Positions 231,299-245,671 of a DNA stretch of 248,000 nucleotides are shown piece after piece. A model generated the notes under the pieces. It was not told the DNA's origin, searched no databases, and saw only the letters and a program-made list of their open reading frames with translations. The stretch comes from Wallemia ichthyophaga EXF-994. Taxonomy: Eukaryota > Fungi > Basidiomycota. Within the stretch, counting starts at the first letter, position 1; every line of letters starts with the position of its first letter. The position numbers and the translations under genes were made by a program. Where the stretch lies: assembly GCF_000400465.1 (NCBI RefSeq), contig NW_008806280.1, positions 20,001 to 268,000 of the forward strand. Direction: 5' to 3'.

Positions 231299-234200
231299 AT
231301 GAAGAGATCAAGAGATAGCGCGTTCAAATCACCGGCGATAAATATAAATTCAAATAAATTTGCAGATAACAGCCACCCGCTCCAGTTCTGGTCTGTCCAA
231401 TGGCGTAATCCTCAGTTCAAGAAACACAAGACGTGGGATGGTGATGGCACGCTGATTGTCAATAGCGGACAAATGATTCTCAAAGATACCAACAGCAGCG
231501 TCATTGGTAGATCTTTCGATAAGAAGAACAGCGTGTTTGAGCCAGGTGCCCACTTTGTTATCGCCGGCAAAGACGTCGAGCTCGATCAACTGCTTAAACA
231601 AGACGCGGCAAAAGAAAACTCACCAAGCAAGCCCAAAGGTATACCAGCTGCTTCTTTTTATACTTCCGCTCCTTCTGCCGCGAAGCCATACAAACCGCCA
231701 TCATTCAGTAAGCCTATGATACCGAGTAAACCTCTGGCAGCAACCAATATTGAGAGCTCCTCGACTTCTGAACCATCTTCACTCGAGCAAAGTGCTTTTC
231801 AGAAACACCCTCCACTCGTTTCTCAAAGCATTTCTCACTCTAATACGCATACCGCACATCCGCCAGCCCCCAAATACGATCCAAACGCCCCAGACGCATT
231901 CGTGATGCCTCAGCTTCCACAAAATATCTTAAATGAACTTAACTACAAGCAGCACCCAGTAGTTGATGTCGTTCTCGATCCACACATCTCATCGAAACTG
232001 CGTCCTCATCAACAGGAAGGTGTTAAGTTTATGTATGAAGCTGTTATGGGTATGCGAGGACATAAGGGCAAAGGTTGCATACTCGCTGATGAGATGGGTC
232101 TCGGTAAGACGCTTCAAGTAATCGCCTTGGTATGGACTCTGTTGAAGCAGAACCCAATCACAAACTCGGGACCCGTCATTGGTAAAGCTATGATAGTCTG
232201 TCCGGTGTCGCTTGTTAATAATTGGCGCAAGGAATTCAGCAAATGGATTGGTCAGTCAAAAATTGGTATCTTCCTTGGCGATAAGGATGTGTCCGAGATC
232301 AAAAAGTTTCAACAGTCGCGTATTCACCAGGTTCTGATTATAGGTTATGAGAAGCTAAGAACAGCAGTCGATGTGCTGAAGTTCTGTCAACCTCAGATAG
232401 GTCTTATCGTATGTGATGAAGGTAAGTGGAATGCAATCAAGAGAAGCATCCTAATAGTACTCTAAGGACATCGTCTAAAGGCGTCAAACAAGACATCACA
232501 AGTGTTTGAAGCGTTCCCTACGCGGCGACGCGTCATTCTGTCTGGTACTCCGATTCAGAATGATTTAGGAGAGTACTACTGTATGGTCAGTAAAAGTTCA
232601 ATACGTACCTGAGCAGACTGACATTCCAAGACTGATTTCTGTAACCCTGGCTTACTCGATAGCTACGCTTCATTTAAGAAGAAGTACGAAACGCCTATTA
232701 TGAGAAGTAGGGCTCCAAATTGTAACAGAAGTGATCTTGAGTTGGGAAGACAACGATCCGAAGCACTCTCAGCCCTCACGAACCAGTTTGTGTTGAGAAG
232801 AACAGCTGAAATACTTGACAACGTTCTACCAACCAAGTCAGAGGTGGGTAGACGTTACAAAGACGATTCAGGCTGACATAATGCTAGTTCGTTGTATGCA
232901 TTGCTCCGACAAAACTTCAATTAGCAATATATAAGCAGTTAGTGCAAGCATCAATCATTCAGAGCGTGTTGGAAAGACTGGGTGGTCAACACTTGAATTT
233001 AATAGGTGTATTGAGGAACTTGTGCAACTCTCCTGGAATTATATACAAGATGATTGAGAATAAACAATCTGAAAGCTACAAAGATTTCAAACTAGATAAT
233101 GTCAAAAACATGTTTCCAAGTAGCGTAAACGCGAATGATATCAATCTTAGTGGGAAGTTGAAAGCATTAGGGAGGTTATTGAAGACACTTAAGACTGAAA
233201 CAGAAGAGAAGATTATTGTTGTTTCAAGTTTTACAGCTACATTAGATGTTATAGAGGTGAGAGTCCCTTTTTTTGGGGGGCTTTATTGACTAAATGTTAT
233301 AGTCTCACTGTCGTCTATGTAAATACAAATTTTGCAGACTCGATGGCTCTACGCCGCAAGCCAAGCGTCAAGAAATAGTAGATGGTTTTAACCGTTCTCC
233401 ACAAGCAGGAAAATTTGTGTTCCTTTTATCAACGAAATCAGGCGGGGTGGGACTCAATCTCATTGGCGCATCACGACTCGTTCTATTTGAGAGTGATTGG
233501 AACCCATCTAACGATTTGCAAGCCATGGCTAGGATTCACAGAGATGGTCAGACGAAACCTGTGTTTATATACCGCTTTCTGACAACGGGAACGATTGATG
233601 AGAAGATATTCCAGAGGCAGTTGACCAAAATCGGACTGTCTAACTCTTTGATGGGGAATACTGTTGAGAAAAAGAACGATACGGATTCTTTCACGGTAGA
233701 AGAACTTCGAGCGTTGTTCAGGATCGATGATGACACAGCTTGCGGGACACACGATTTGCTCGACTGCACTTGTAATCATGGTAGGGTACTTACAGAAGCT
233801 GAGAAAGGTGCTGAGGATGCACAACAAGACGATGAAGAAGAGCCGCAAGGGTTTATCAGCGCCAGTCAACACCAACCCGGAACATCATTAAAGTCAAAGA
233901 GAGACAAACAGGCCAAGATTGCGGCATTGGATGGATGGGATCACGTGGATTGTCTACAGGAGAATCATATGGGGAATTTGGCTGATGATGTGTTGAGAAA
234001 GCTTACAATACACGCTGAGTCACCATTAGTTGCCCAACACAAAGATGATTTCGTTGAAGATACCACAGCTAAGACATCAGACCATCAATTCGAATCATTG
234101 AATGACTATTGCCCGGCCAGTGACGAAGAAGAAGAGCCTGAAGAGGAAAGAAAGGAAGGGGATGTGGAAATCATCGAGCCAGAGCGTAAAGTACAGAAAA

Positions 234201-234307
234201 TAGAGCAACAGGAAGATCCATTCGACATGAACGGATTTCTGCAGGATCAAAATAATGAAGGCAGATTAACATTTGTATTCAAGAAAGTGTCTGGAAGTGT
234301 TGTATAA
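231299..234307 (+). CDS. RDH54: Rad54B/Rdh54 SNF2 translocase
   Basis: LRPHQQEG; [11 protein letters not shown]; [18 protein letters not shown]. Confidence 0.92.
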
Positions 234308-234339
234308 TAGTACAAATTGCATTACAATAATAATTGCTT

Positions 234340-235339
234340 AGGTGGCATCTACAATTATTAGTGGGAGGAAGGGTTAGAAAAACGACTTACATCGGTTCCA
234401 AGTGCCCTGGGTCATCCACTCAGAGTCTGTCCGTCTGCCTGACTTTGGAATATCCTTAGGACCAACTTAGAAAATGTCAGTGAAAATGTATGGTGCGACA
234501 GTCGAATCTCACAGATAGACTTGACGGCGTCGCTTTGGTTTGCATTCTTAGACGTGTTGGACAGCGCATCCGATACTGCCTTTCTAGCGCCTTTTACAAC
234601 ATCAGAGACAGGTGGATCATCGATATTGTCAGCCTTCTTGGCCTTAGGTGTATGTTCAGGCTGATCGGCGGCAGCCTTGCGCTTCTTGCTCTTCTTGCTG
234701 TCAGCCTGCTTCAACCTTGTGGCGTAGAGTTGCTCTTTCATGGCTTCTTCTTCTTCGGGGGGAGGATTAAGCGTGATAAGCTCATCGACATGGTACTCAA
234801 TGCCAGATTCAGGGCACTGACCCGTCTTTGAGCCCTTGTTCATCGACTTCAAACCGCTATCAGAGGCAACAATGCCAGTTTTGGGGAGGTAGACGAATCT
234901 TTGCTTTCCATTCATTTCCTTGAGCGTGATTGGACAAATGAAAGGGGCGTTACTTAGCATAGAATCGCTGTCACGACTGAGGACTTGGTTGAATGAAGGA
235001 TTTGAAGTAAGTTTGAGTTGTTGGACATCTTTTAGAGAGCGTATATGACCACAGATCTTCTGTCCATCGCCGTAGACTGATTTATCGAGGAGAAACTCGA
235101 CAATGGCTTCCTTATTGTAAAGCTTGCCAAGTTGACAGGAAACGACTGGCTGTTTAAGGAGTTTCTTAGACAGAGCACAATAAAACCAGGCTGCTATCCT
235201 AGATATCTCATCGTTCTTCACTTCCGGTTTCTTCTTAGTCTTGACCAATTCTGATCGATAGACAAATGAGCCTCCATCGGCACCCTATCGAGGGCAATTA
235301 AAATTGAGTACAATCAATACTAAAATCCTAGCGTACCAT
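234340..235339 (-). CDS. RTF2: Replication termination factor 2
   Basis: M|GADGGS; LGKLYNKEAI; CPITLKEMNG. Confidence 0.9.
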
Positions 235340-235404
235340 TTTTATATTTCTTTATTTGTTGATGGTGGCTACTGTGAAAGGAAACCCCTTTATCACGGCC
235401 AGCC

Positions 235405-236421
235405 ATGTCAACCGCGCACAGGTGATTATAAAGAAAAGCACTGAGCCGAGCAACTCTTACATTCCACCGCGCAGACCAACATGGGACCCAGCAGTCGGAC
235501 GAGCAGACACCAAAGCGTACTCGAAGCAGTACTCTGCCAGGGATGCACCAGCGCAGACGAAACTCAAGTTCCGGTGGGTGTGCGAGGTGTATATTACAGC
235601 GTAGGGCATTGTAGTTTACACCACTCTAGTAAGCCCGGTCAGGGAGGTATCGGCGACCAAGATAAGCGCAGAGACTTGCGCCTCGAATTGAACAAGGCAG
235701 AGGAGGAAGCTAATGAAAAGAAACGTAAAGCGCAAGGTTTGTCGTTGGAAGATATTGGCCAGGGTACGGATGACAGCCAGCAGAAAATACCGAAACTTAT
235801 AGACAATCCCGGTGAGGGAGACGCGCATGCTGAGCCATCGACTAGAACACACGAGTCGCAGGCAAGTGAAGACAAGCCTCAGACTTTAGATAAGGATGAA
235901 GAAGCTGATGACGACGAGAGGTGGGTTGCTCACCTTAGCGTTCTATACCGCCTAACATAGCCAAGTGATGACGACTCAGAGGATGATGAGGCTGAGTTGC
236001 TGCGGGAGCTCGACAAAATCAAGCGCGAAAGAGCTGAAGAAAAAGCCAGAAAGGTGAGAAAGTGTTGCTGTTTGTGGTCATCAACTTTCTAACAATTACA
236101 CCACCTAGGACGAGGAGCAAAACAGCGCTAAAGCTGCATCTAGAGAAGAGGAAGTGGCTAGCGGAAATCCTCTACTTAACCTACAGAACGCGTTGGGCGC
236201 TTCTCCATCTTCTACACAGGATACAGGGTTTACTGTGAAACGCAGATGGGATGACGATCTTATCTTCAAGAATCAGGCACTGAATACTTCCGACAAACCA
236301 AAGAAGGAATTCGTTAATGACTTATTGAGGACAGACTGTGAGTATCGCGTGTTTAGTATCCTAACAAAGCTAAAAATATATCCTAGTCCATCGCAAATTC
236401 ATGTACAGATTTATTAAGTGA
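235405..236421 (+). CDS. CWC15: Splicing factor Cwc15
   Basis: MSTAHRPTWDPA; KRRWDDD..FKNQ; FVNDLLR. Confidence 0.92.
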
Positions 236422-236429
236422 TTTACATA

Positions 236430-238073
236430 CATTCATAATTAATCTATGTTTGTCGGACACTTGTCAAGCTTGAAGCCAACTGTGGTGGATAAATCAAGCC
236501 AGAGAAATCAAGTTCCTGTTTGGTATACGAGCCAAGTAGAAGAAAAACATGTTGAGCATAGCTTAAAGCTGACATGAATCCATCAAACGCTTGAGCTCGA
236601 CATTTTTGCACATACTCAAAAAAGTAATATAAATATCATTCATTCAAAATCTTCAACTAAAGGGTGATTAGAATTGCTAGATAGTTGAGGGACTACTTAC
236701 AACCACACATAAATGCCTTGTGAATACTAGTATCATCCAGGTCAGCGTACAAACTTAGAAATGGACACAGTCTCACCTCATAACCTTGGCGATAAAGGCC
236801 TCAAGATGGAAAATCTGCTTAGAGCCTTTCCTCATTCGATGCTCCTGAGGTGGATAAGATTAAGTCGTGTTTGTTAAATTCTACTCACATAAAATGCTGC
236901 CCAATAGATAAGGTCTGCACGAATGGAATCGTCGACCATTGTAAGAATGACGTCAAGAAGTGTCTGAAGTAGTTGTTAGGAGATTATCAACTCCGGCAAA
237001 GGAAATTCACTTTGAGAATGAGAGTAGGTGGTATGCAATGTGTGATGAGCTCATAAATTTTTCCTCTTACTTTGAGCAAACCGTCTGGAGAAGGATCGCT
237101 TGTAATTTCCTTAGCGACTTGGATGGTATAAGATTGCCAATCAGGCTTGGCAATTTGAACATTTGAATCAAACGACGGAGATTGCATTCTCATTGCTTCA
237201 AGAACCAGCAAAGCTTTGCGAAGATTACCTGTTGATTCTTTGCCGATCTGTTTGGCGACATCCTCAGGCAGCTGGAACTTCTCTTTTTTAGCTACTTGGG
237301 TCAATACGGTTGACATCTGCAAATTTCATTGAGTATGCTTTGTTACTGAATAAATAACTCACCTGTGGAGGTAAGGGAGCGGGGATTCTAACCAACAAGC
237401 ATCGAGATCGAATTGGAGCTATAATCTTGCTCGTTGTTTGAGCACAGAGAATGATACGAAGGTTAGACATGTACTTCTCCATAGTTCTTCTCAAAGCAGC
237501 TTGAGCATCTCTAGAAAGCTGATCAGCTTCGTTAATGATAACGACTAGGCAATCTGTGAGCTAAAACTAGATTTTTTTAGGTAACCAGCTAACCTTTGAA
237601 TCTTTGTTTCGCATTAGCGTCAACTTGCTGTGTTTGGGCAATTTCTTTGAGGATATCCTGTATAATCAGTCTATCATACTGACCAACGTCGGAAGGTGTA
237701 ATTTCAATGTGATAGTTGCTTTGGACGATGTTCACGTCGAGCTTTCTGTTTGAAGGCGTGAGGAAGACGCGCTGATCGATTTTGAGCTTCTCAACACCTG
237801 GACCAAACAGCTCTCTTAAAGTGGCCATAATGCGTGTCTTTCTACCTGCGCCGGTGGGTCCATAGAAAAGCGTGTGGGGAAAATCGCCGGAGCCAGCCAG
237901 GGATCTGATTCTATTTGTAATATCATGATGATAGTCGAGTTCATCAAGCGACTTTGGCCTATACTGAGCAGAATGAGATAAACCAGGCTAATAAACAAGA
238001 ACTATACTTTATCTACGTATAGAGACTGTAAATATTATTAATTTTATATTTTATATTCCATTTTACTTACCAT
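236430..238073 (-). CDS. RFC5: Replication factor C subunit (RFC3/Rfc5)
   Basis: YRPKSL; AQAALRRTMEKY; GNLRKALL. Confidence 0.92.
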
Positions 238074-238179
238074 TGAGGAGATGACCGTTGCTGTTTACGC
238101 GCTTACGCCCAAGATATGGCTCATGCACTGGATGAGTTTTCGTATAAGCAATTCATACCTGAGTACGAAATTGGGAATT

Positions 238180-241100
238180 TAAAGCTCAAAGTGAACCACA
238201 AGTCCAATAGACCGCTTATTCCGATGGTACGTGCGTTTCTCCTGTCCTCCGCTGCTTACCGGTGTGCAGATGTCTAAACTCCGGAGATCTTCTGCGAAAT
238301 CGGGAGCAATGGGAGTGGGATGGAAGCAGATATCTCTAAAGCTCGATTCCATTGGTGGTCTATTTATTCTCGCTGAGGTGAGTGTCAATAGCTCATGGTT
238401 GAGCCTTTAAACTTAAATTCAAAAGGAGGGAACTCCGATTCACTATATTGGCCTTAGTAGCCTGAAAATGACTGATATACGACCTGTCGATTATTCCGTA
238501 TTCACAGTTCCCAACTTAATCGTCATACACACTCATTCTCTCTCTCCAACGCTCCTGATTGGGCAGAATTCTTCCAATCACTCTAACTCTAGCAACTCTA
238601 CATTCGGCCTTCTCAATAACCTCAGGCCCATATCGCCCAAATCCACTCAGCGATCGAGCCCCTCTCCAAACCATCCTCCAAGCCCAAATCCAGACGATCC
238701 ACTTTTTATCGCCTTCCCCACTCGACGGCATATGATAGCTTGGTTGACTCTATTGCGATCATGCACCAAAGCTGACGTTTATCATGCCGGTAAAGACCCT
238801 CACAAAGGTTACTTTCGAATGTCAAGACAAATGTCTCTCTCAATTGTGGAGCTGCGATCCCCGCAGAAAGATGTTCAATCTAACCTTAATGATTATGTCG
238901 AGGACAGCCCGAGTGTTAATGGTAACTCATCCAAAATTAACTCTCTCAATTCGCTGTCTTCATCAAGCTCAGCTGGGCTTACTCCGCCATTACAGCGAAG
239001 AACATCTACCCAATTCACTGAACCTTACAACGATACCTACGAGTGGCACTGTGAGATTTGGGATCCCACAGGACTAGCTTTTAGATCCTCTGCCAAGGTC
239101 GCTTACCATCCATTTTGGAAAGAAGATTGTCTTCTGGTTGATCTACCGAATCTCAACTCTATAACGGTCAAGATATTCAGATCAGTTTCATCATATGCTT
239201 TATCAAAAGGACATTTCACATTGTTTGGTACAGTATTCATACCTCTAAAGGCATATCCAAGATTATCAGAGGTAGACAAATGGTTCAACGTGATTGGCAT
239301 AAACGAAAACACTCTCGAAACTTCTGTCAGGGGAGAATTGAGACTGAAATTGAGGGTTGATGAGGATGTAATCCTGCCCAAAAGCCGTTATGATGAATTG
239401 TTTAGCGTGAGTATAGGTGATTTGTGATTAGTATTATCTCACACCGTCAATTTAGATTATGCAAGGTCAACATAGAGTGAGAGTCATACATGACATCTCT
239501 TCAATATACCCATCTTTGGTGAGTGTATGTGTATATCAATCATCTAGACCAACTGAAACCTTTGCTAGGAACAACTTTCTGATACACTAATCAAAATATA
239601 CTCAATAGATTGCAATTTAATGGTATCTGTAATGAATGATCTTGCTTACAAAGAAATATGGTCATCAAGAGCTGGTAGGTCTGACTCAAAATTCTAATCC
239701 TGGCTAACAACTAGTAGATGAGAATACAATATTTCGGCCAAATACAATATTAACTAAATTAATGGATCGCTATATGAACTTCATGAGTAGACTGACTGGA
239801 TGGTTGGAGGATAGTCTGGGACACCCTATCCGCGAAATGATAGACAAGAAGGTAGAATGTGAATTAGATACAGATAGAAAAGGTGGACCAGCAGACAAAG
239901 ATGAATTGCTTCACTGGGCTGATGTAATTCTCAATAGCATCATAGAATCAAGAGTTGGATGTCCAATTGAGCTTCGAAAGATATTTCATAACATAAGGAA
240001 ACAATGTCATGCAAGATGGAACAAGGCTCAATTAGTAAACTCATTTATCTTTTTAAGACTTTTCGTACCTGCGATTATCAACCCAAATTTATTTGGTTTG
240101 ACCAATGTGTCACCATCACCTGGAGTTTCGCGTACATTAACACTGATTGCGAAAATAATTCAAGCTCTTGCTAATAATAAAGAGGAGATGGGAGATAAGG
240201 AGCACTTTATGGGAGTCGTTTCACCATTTTTACAAGATCATAATAGGAGGTTTGCATTTATTGATTACGTTGCATATGTTGGTAATGAGGATTCAGCTGC
240301 TTCTTACAAGACGAGTGAAGAAATATCAATAAACGAGTTGGCGACTTCTGTTGAGAAAACATCGGATAGGAGATTCAATGATTGCAGTCATGATATATAT
240401 AGGCAGTCTCTACCAAGTTCATACACAGGGATTGATAACTCGAGAGAGTTGGCGTCGTTCACCAACGATCTCAACAAGATATATAACAAAGTGCAGCTAA
240501 ATGAATTGCAAAATAGGGATCATTATTTTAGGAGAAAGTCATTAAATTACGCCACGCTTGAATTGTTTGAAGCAAGTATGGATATACAAGAAGATGCCAG
240601 ACAGATGTGGGAGTCTCGGCAAAGACATAGGAGAAAGGCCAATTCGGCATATGAGTCGTCGAAACCCAACAGAAGCGAATGGTTAAGTGATCAGCAAGAC
240701 TTACGCAGTAGTAGAAAAGTAAGCGTGTCCAGTTCTAGCGCTAGCTTAGAACCGCAAATGAAGCAATCATCGTCGCAGCGCCGTAGAGGATTTACAATCA
240801 CAGGATTGAGTAATGGCAGCAATAATTGGATTCATGATAGTAAACGTAAGAATATTGGCAGTGATAATAAGACAAGTAACAGCAAAAGTAGCGCGACTAA
240901 TAAGAACAATAGTACGGGTAATAATAATACAAGTAATAGTAACACAAGTAATAATAAGAGCAATGGCGCTCATGCTAAGAACAAAGTTGGTAATCGTAAT
241001 CAAAACAGGGACAAGAAGGATTACGTCAATAATGATCCATCGAGATATATGGACCTAGGTAGGGGATTTAATGACTATCAATTCATGCAATACGACAAGG

Positions 241101-241483
241101 AGAAGAGGGAGAAGAAGGGGAAAAAGGAGATGGAGGTGGAGAAGAAGGAGATGGCAAAGAAGGAAGAAAAGGCAAGCCCGCCTAATACACCGGAGTCGAT
241201 GAAGAATTTGAAAATAACACTGGAGAAGTACAGACTTACCCAGGAGGCGGTGGATGATGCACCGTTACCGAAATATCCGTTACCTGTGAGTGACAGTGTG
241301 AGTAGCAATGTGAGCAGCAACGTAAACAGTCACAGCTACGATAACAACGATCGTTCAAAGTCAAGGGCGAGTGTTCGAAACTCAGCGACAAAAGGAGAAG
241401 AGGAGCACAGCAAGGATGACATAAACATTGACAATAAAAAGAAGACAGTCTTCTTCAAATGGACCAAAGGAATAATTGATTAG
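238180..241483 (+). CDS. Ras GTPase-activating protein (PH/C2/RasGAP)
   Basis: C2 PFWKED; FRPNT..TK; FIFLRLF.PAIINP. Confidence 0.85.
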
Positions 241484-241569
241484 GTATAGAGGATATTGAA
241501 CACTTTTTAATCAGCACAGCTTAATAATAAATTTAAGAATGAAAGTATATTTTGTATTATATTAATGTT

Positions 241570-242144
241570 CTACGCATTTAATTCTTCTCTAGTTGGAATG
241601 CCTGTGGGTGATGATAAGTGATGAGATGTGAGCAGTTTCATTAGTAAGTAGACACACCAAGTTCTTCTCTGAGTGGCTTGAGAGCATCAAGGTATTGCTC
241701 ATATTGGCCTTGATTTTCGACCTTCTCCTTTATGCCTTCCTGTATAGTAAAGAATCAGCCAATCAGGTTGTCGGAAAAGAGAAAATGAAAAAACGGACAA
241801 AGATTCTGACAGCAGTGCTAAAGTCGTTAACACGTCTAGAAGCTCTGATTGCAGATTCGCATATTTCAGGAGCAGGTACTAAATCGTAAGCGAAACAGTT
241901 GTTCAATCCTCTTTGCAATTCGAAAAGGTCTTCAACTTGATCGAAGAATGCGGTGTATCTCTTTGTGAAGTCTTCAAAGCTTTCCTCTTCATGTCCAGCG
242001 CTATATTGACGAACTAGGTGTAGAGTCAGCGCTTTGTGGTAAGTGTGCACACGAATAAACACCTTGGGTGATTGGAATTGAAGGCGTTAAGCTAACTCTC
242101 GATAAAGCTCTCGCATTTACTGCTGTTCTAAGTACACCGAACAT
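241570..242144 (-). CDS. COX6: Cytochrome c oxidase subunit Va
   Basis: FELQRGLNNCFAYDLVP; RRVNDFSTAVR. Confidence 0.93.
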
Positions 242145-242225
242145 TTTTTTAAACAGTTGGTTGGATACAAGAGAGAGAGGTGGGCGTCTTTCGAACGATT
242201 GAGCGATTGAGTGGTTAGATTAGTA

Positions 242226-242620
242226 TGATTGAATGCGTTGTAACTAAAGCTGGTAAAATGAGTAACTACATTCAAGTCATTTTGGGTGGTTTGGAGGTGT
242301 GTTCGTTGGTGTATATTCACACTGACTCACACCCGTACAAAGAAGAAGGAAGTTGTAAAAGTAACAGCTTTGAAAGAAGGTGTAAACCTCGATACATCTA
242401 GTGCACTCGCAGCGAAAGTCATCAGCGTGGTCGAAGTCGCCAAGAGGCAGTCATCGGACGTTTATCAGTATACACGCCTAGTTGAGCATCAAGAGGTTAG
242501 GTTGAACTTGTCAGCAAGTGATATTATAAATGGGAAGAGGTTGGTTGGTTGATTTGGTGTACTTGTACCACTTCTAACCTCAATACAGCCAGACATCGAT
242601 ACCACCACCGACAATTGAAG
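242226..242620 (+). CDS. Alba/Rpp25-like small protein
   Basis: GKMSNYI..; AKVISVVEVAKR. Confidence 0.6.
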
Positions 242621-242835
242621 TCATTCTAAGCAAGCAAGCGTTAGATATCGATAGTGATTATGTGTTAGTGGCTTACTTAGCGTGAAACACTTGACATTAA
242701 CACCACACACAGACTTCAAAAAGACTAAGATCTATAACAGCAAGTTATTTACAGCTTTCTCATCATTCAAGTTTTCATCAAAATCGTAAGGTAGAAGCGA
242801 TGCAACTGTTGTCGTGTCAGCATGTTTAGCAGATA

Positions 242836-243882
242836 TCACTTAACACAACACTTACAAGTCAAGTACGACGTGTGACCTCTTGTATCCATGAAAGGACGAC
242901 TGAGCAGTGTGCTTCTGTCATCGATATTACTACTGGTTTCGTCTAGTTTGCGTTTGCTCGTTTGTTCGCTTTCAACACTGATATTGACGGGCTGGTTGAG
243001 AGATTCATCGCCAGCCTCACCGCCAGCCTCATTAAGTTTCAATTCAAGCTTTTTCTGGGCTGCAGCAATCTGTTGCTGCCTTCTAAACTCCTTTTTCTTT
243101 AGTATGGCTTTCAACTTATTCGTGACGTCGTTTATATTTGGAAGATGAGTGTAAGAGGTGTCGTAATTTCTAGAGAGAACTTCAAACATGGTAACGTTGG
243201 TAAAGCCATTCGAGTTGAGAGTGGTTGTAGTTTTAAGTACCTGTTCAATACACGGACTGAAGCAGCAAATTCTGCTAATTTTGTCATTACGGAGGGATTT
243301 CTTTGCATGCGGGATAGCTAGCCAAGGCATGGGTAGGTCTAGAAAGATGGAGTCTATAGAGTTGTTAAGGTGTGAAGGGAAGCCGTCTTTGCAGCTATCT
243401 CTGTGATAGACGTTGATGATATCAGATAAACCGTGTTGATTGAACTCTGATTGAGCCTTCTGGCATCTAGATTGATGATATTCGAAGGAGTGGAGCTGGC
243501 CACGGGTACCAATAGATCTAGCAACTGAATGACTGAAACTACCTGAACCAGTACCTGATTCGATGACTTTTGAACCCGGTTTAATGTTTAAAGTGAGAAG
243601 AATGAAGCTAATATCCGTGTTGTATAGGATCTGAGTTCTATGAGGGAGAGCTAGAGTCCATAACTCCGGAGAAGGCTTGAGTAAGTGAATAAAGCCTCTG
243701 TTGTTATTTGAACTAAGTTTATCACCAAAGCATCTACCAATGATATCTTTATGCTTAAAATTACCAAATTTATTTTGAAATATTTTATCCTCCTCAACTC
243801 GAATAAGTGATAATTGATCTCTAGTTAACCAAATGATAACCAAATCATTCTCTTTAATTACCGATTCCTTATTATTTATCAT
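242836..243882 (-). CDS. GCD14: tRNA m1A58 methyltransferase catalytic subunit
   Basis: LPHRTQILY; ESGTGSGSFSH; FLDLPMPW. Confidence 0.94.
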   Translation of the reverse strand: MINNKESVIKENDLVIIWLTRDQLSLIRVEEDKIFQNKFGNFKHKDIIGRCFGDKLSSNNNRGFIHLLKPSPELWTLALPHRTQILYNTDISFILLTLNIKPGSKVIESGTGSGSFSHSVARSIGTRGQLHSFEYHQSRCQKAQSEFNQHGLSDIINVYHRDSCKDGFPSHLNNSIDSIFLDLPMPWLAIPHAKKSLRNDKISRICCFSPCIEQVLKTTTTLNSNGFTNVTMFEVLSRNYDTSYTHLPNINDVTNKLKAILKKKEFRRQQQIAAAQKKLELKLNEAGGEAGDESLNQPVNISVESEQTSKRKLDETSSNIDDRSTLLSRPFMDTRGHTSYLTCKCCVK

Positions 243883-244290
243883 TGAATTGCTCTGGTGTTA
243901 ATGTTTTTTGTGTAAATGCGTGCAATTTGCTTATCTCCTCTTTAAGTATATCGTTGACTGGTGAGGGGTTATTAGTTTGGTGATCTAGATAAAATTTTCC
244001 GAACCAACCCAATCGATGTCTCTTTAGAGTTATTAGACCATTAAATATTTTACTAACGATTACGACTTCAAAGCTCTGTCCACAACCACCGCTAACATCT
244101 TTAACGGACTATGTGATTTGACTTAGACTGCTCATCCAATCAAATCACTCCAAATACCCACAACATGCTCAACCTCTGGTACTTTGATTTCTATTTGCTG
244201 TTTAAATTTTTCCTGATCCATTTCCAATTCCAGTGGCTATTCAAGCGAGCTGTTGCGTTCGAATATTAGAATTATAAATTACAAATTAAA

Positions 244291-245608
244291 ATGCAAAGGT
244301 CTTTAGTACTCAACTCTACCAACAACTTCAAAACAGCGTTCAAGCCCTCCCTCGCTAGCTCCATTAACCTCGTTTTTAACGCTGGAACAAGATTCGAAGA
244401 CACTCAAGGTGTGGCTAACGTTTTAAAGAACTTTGCTTTTAGGGTGAGTTGATTGGTTTATACTAAGGTACACCCTCTAATCCCCCAAAGGACACACAAA
244501 ACCGCTCCAGCCTACGTCAAGTTAGAGAAGCTGAAGCTGCTGGTGGTGTTCTCTACTCTTCCCTTACAAGAGACAATCTCACTCTCTCTGCTGACTTCAT
244601 CCCCGGCCATGAAGACCTTTTCCTCTCTCTTCTCGCTGATGTCGTTAAGTCGACCAAGTTCGCCCCTCATGAATACAAAGAGGTCGTTAAGCCTGCTATC
244701 GATTCTGAAGTAAACGCTGCTCAGCGTAATCCTCTCATTCAAGCCATCGACGCTGCTCACACTATCGCCTTCAGAAGAGGTTTGGGTAACTCTCTCTTCT
244801 CCGCATCCGAGCAACCCGTAGACCTCCAAGACGTCAAAAAGTTCGCCAGTAAAGTCTACTCTGCCGACAACGTCGCCTTTTTAACTACCGGGCAATCTGA
244901 CTTTTCATCCAACTTATCATCCTACTTCAACGACTTAACCGCAACTGGTCAAGTTAGCTCACAACCATCCAAATACTTTGGTGGTGAACAGCGCTATAGC
245001 CTCTCGCACGATGGTCACTCCCACCCATCTGCATTCATCGCCTGGGGCTCAACCTCTCCATCACCTGCTCACAACGTTTTAGCTGAATTGTTGGGTGGTC
245101 AATCTAACATCAAATGGTCGAGAGGTCTTTCACCTTTGTCTGCAATCGAAGAGGGCAATGTTAACGCTCTCAACTTTGATTACTCTGATGCTAACCTCTT
245201 TGGTTTCACTGTCGAATCATCAACCGACCTCAACGTCAAGACTGCTTCACAGAAAGCTGTTGCAGCTCTCAAGGCAGTTGCTCAAAATGGTGTCGAATCC
245301 GCTCAGTTACAACCTGCTATCGCTAAATCTAAATTCAACTACACCCTCTACGCTGACTCAGCTCAAGGATGGAAGCAACTTAACGGCGAAGGTCTCATCA
245401 ACAACAACCTCAAATCACTCGATCAAGTTCTCGGTGAATTCGATGGCGTATCTACTACATCCATTCAACAAGTCAGTCCAGCTTATAAAGTTCCTGACTG
245501 CTTTTCTAATTTTTCCTTTAGGCAGCTGCTCATCTTCTCGACAACAAGGTCACTCTTGTCACTGTCGGTGGTAGAGACGCTCCATACGCCGATGAATTGC
245601 ATCTCTAA
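244291..245608 (+). CDS. QCR2: Cytochrome bc1 core protein 2
   Basis: AGTRFE; LKNFAF; FRRGLGNSL; PYADEL. Confidence 0.9.
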
Positions 245609-245671
245609 AATTCATGCTATAATTCATGTAAATACACCCTATAAAAATATTTCAATTATTTTAAATACCAA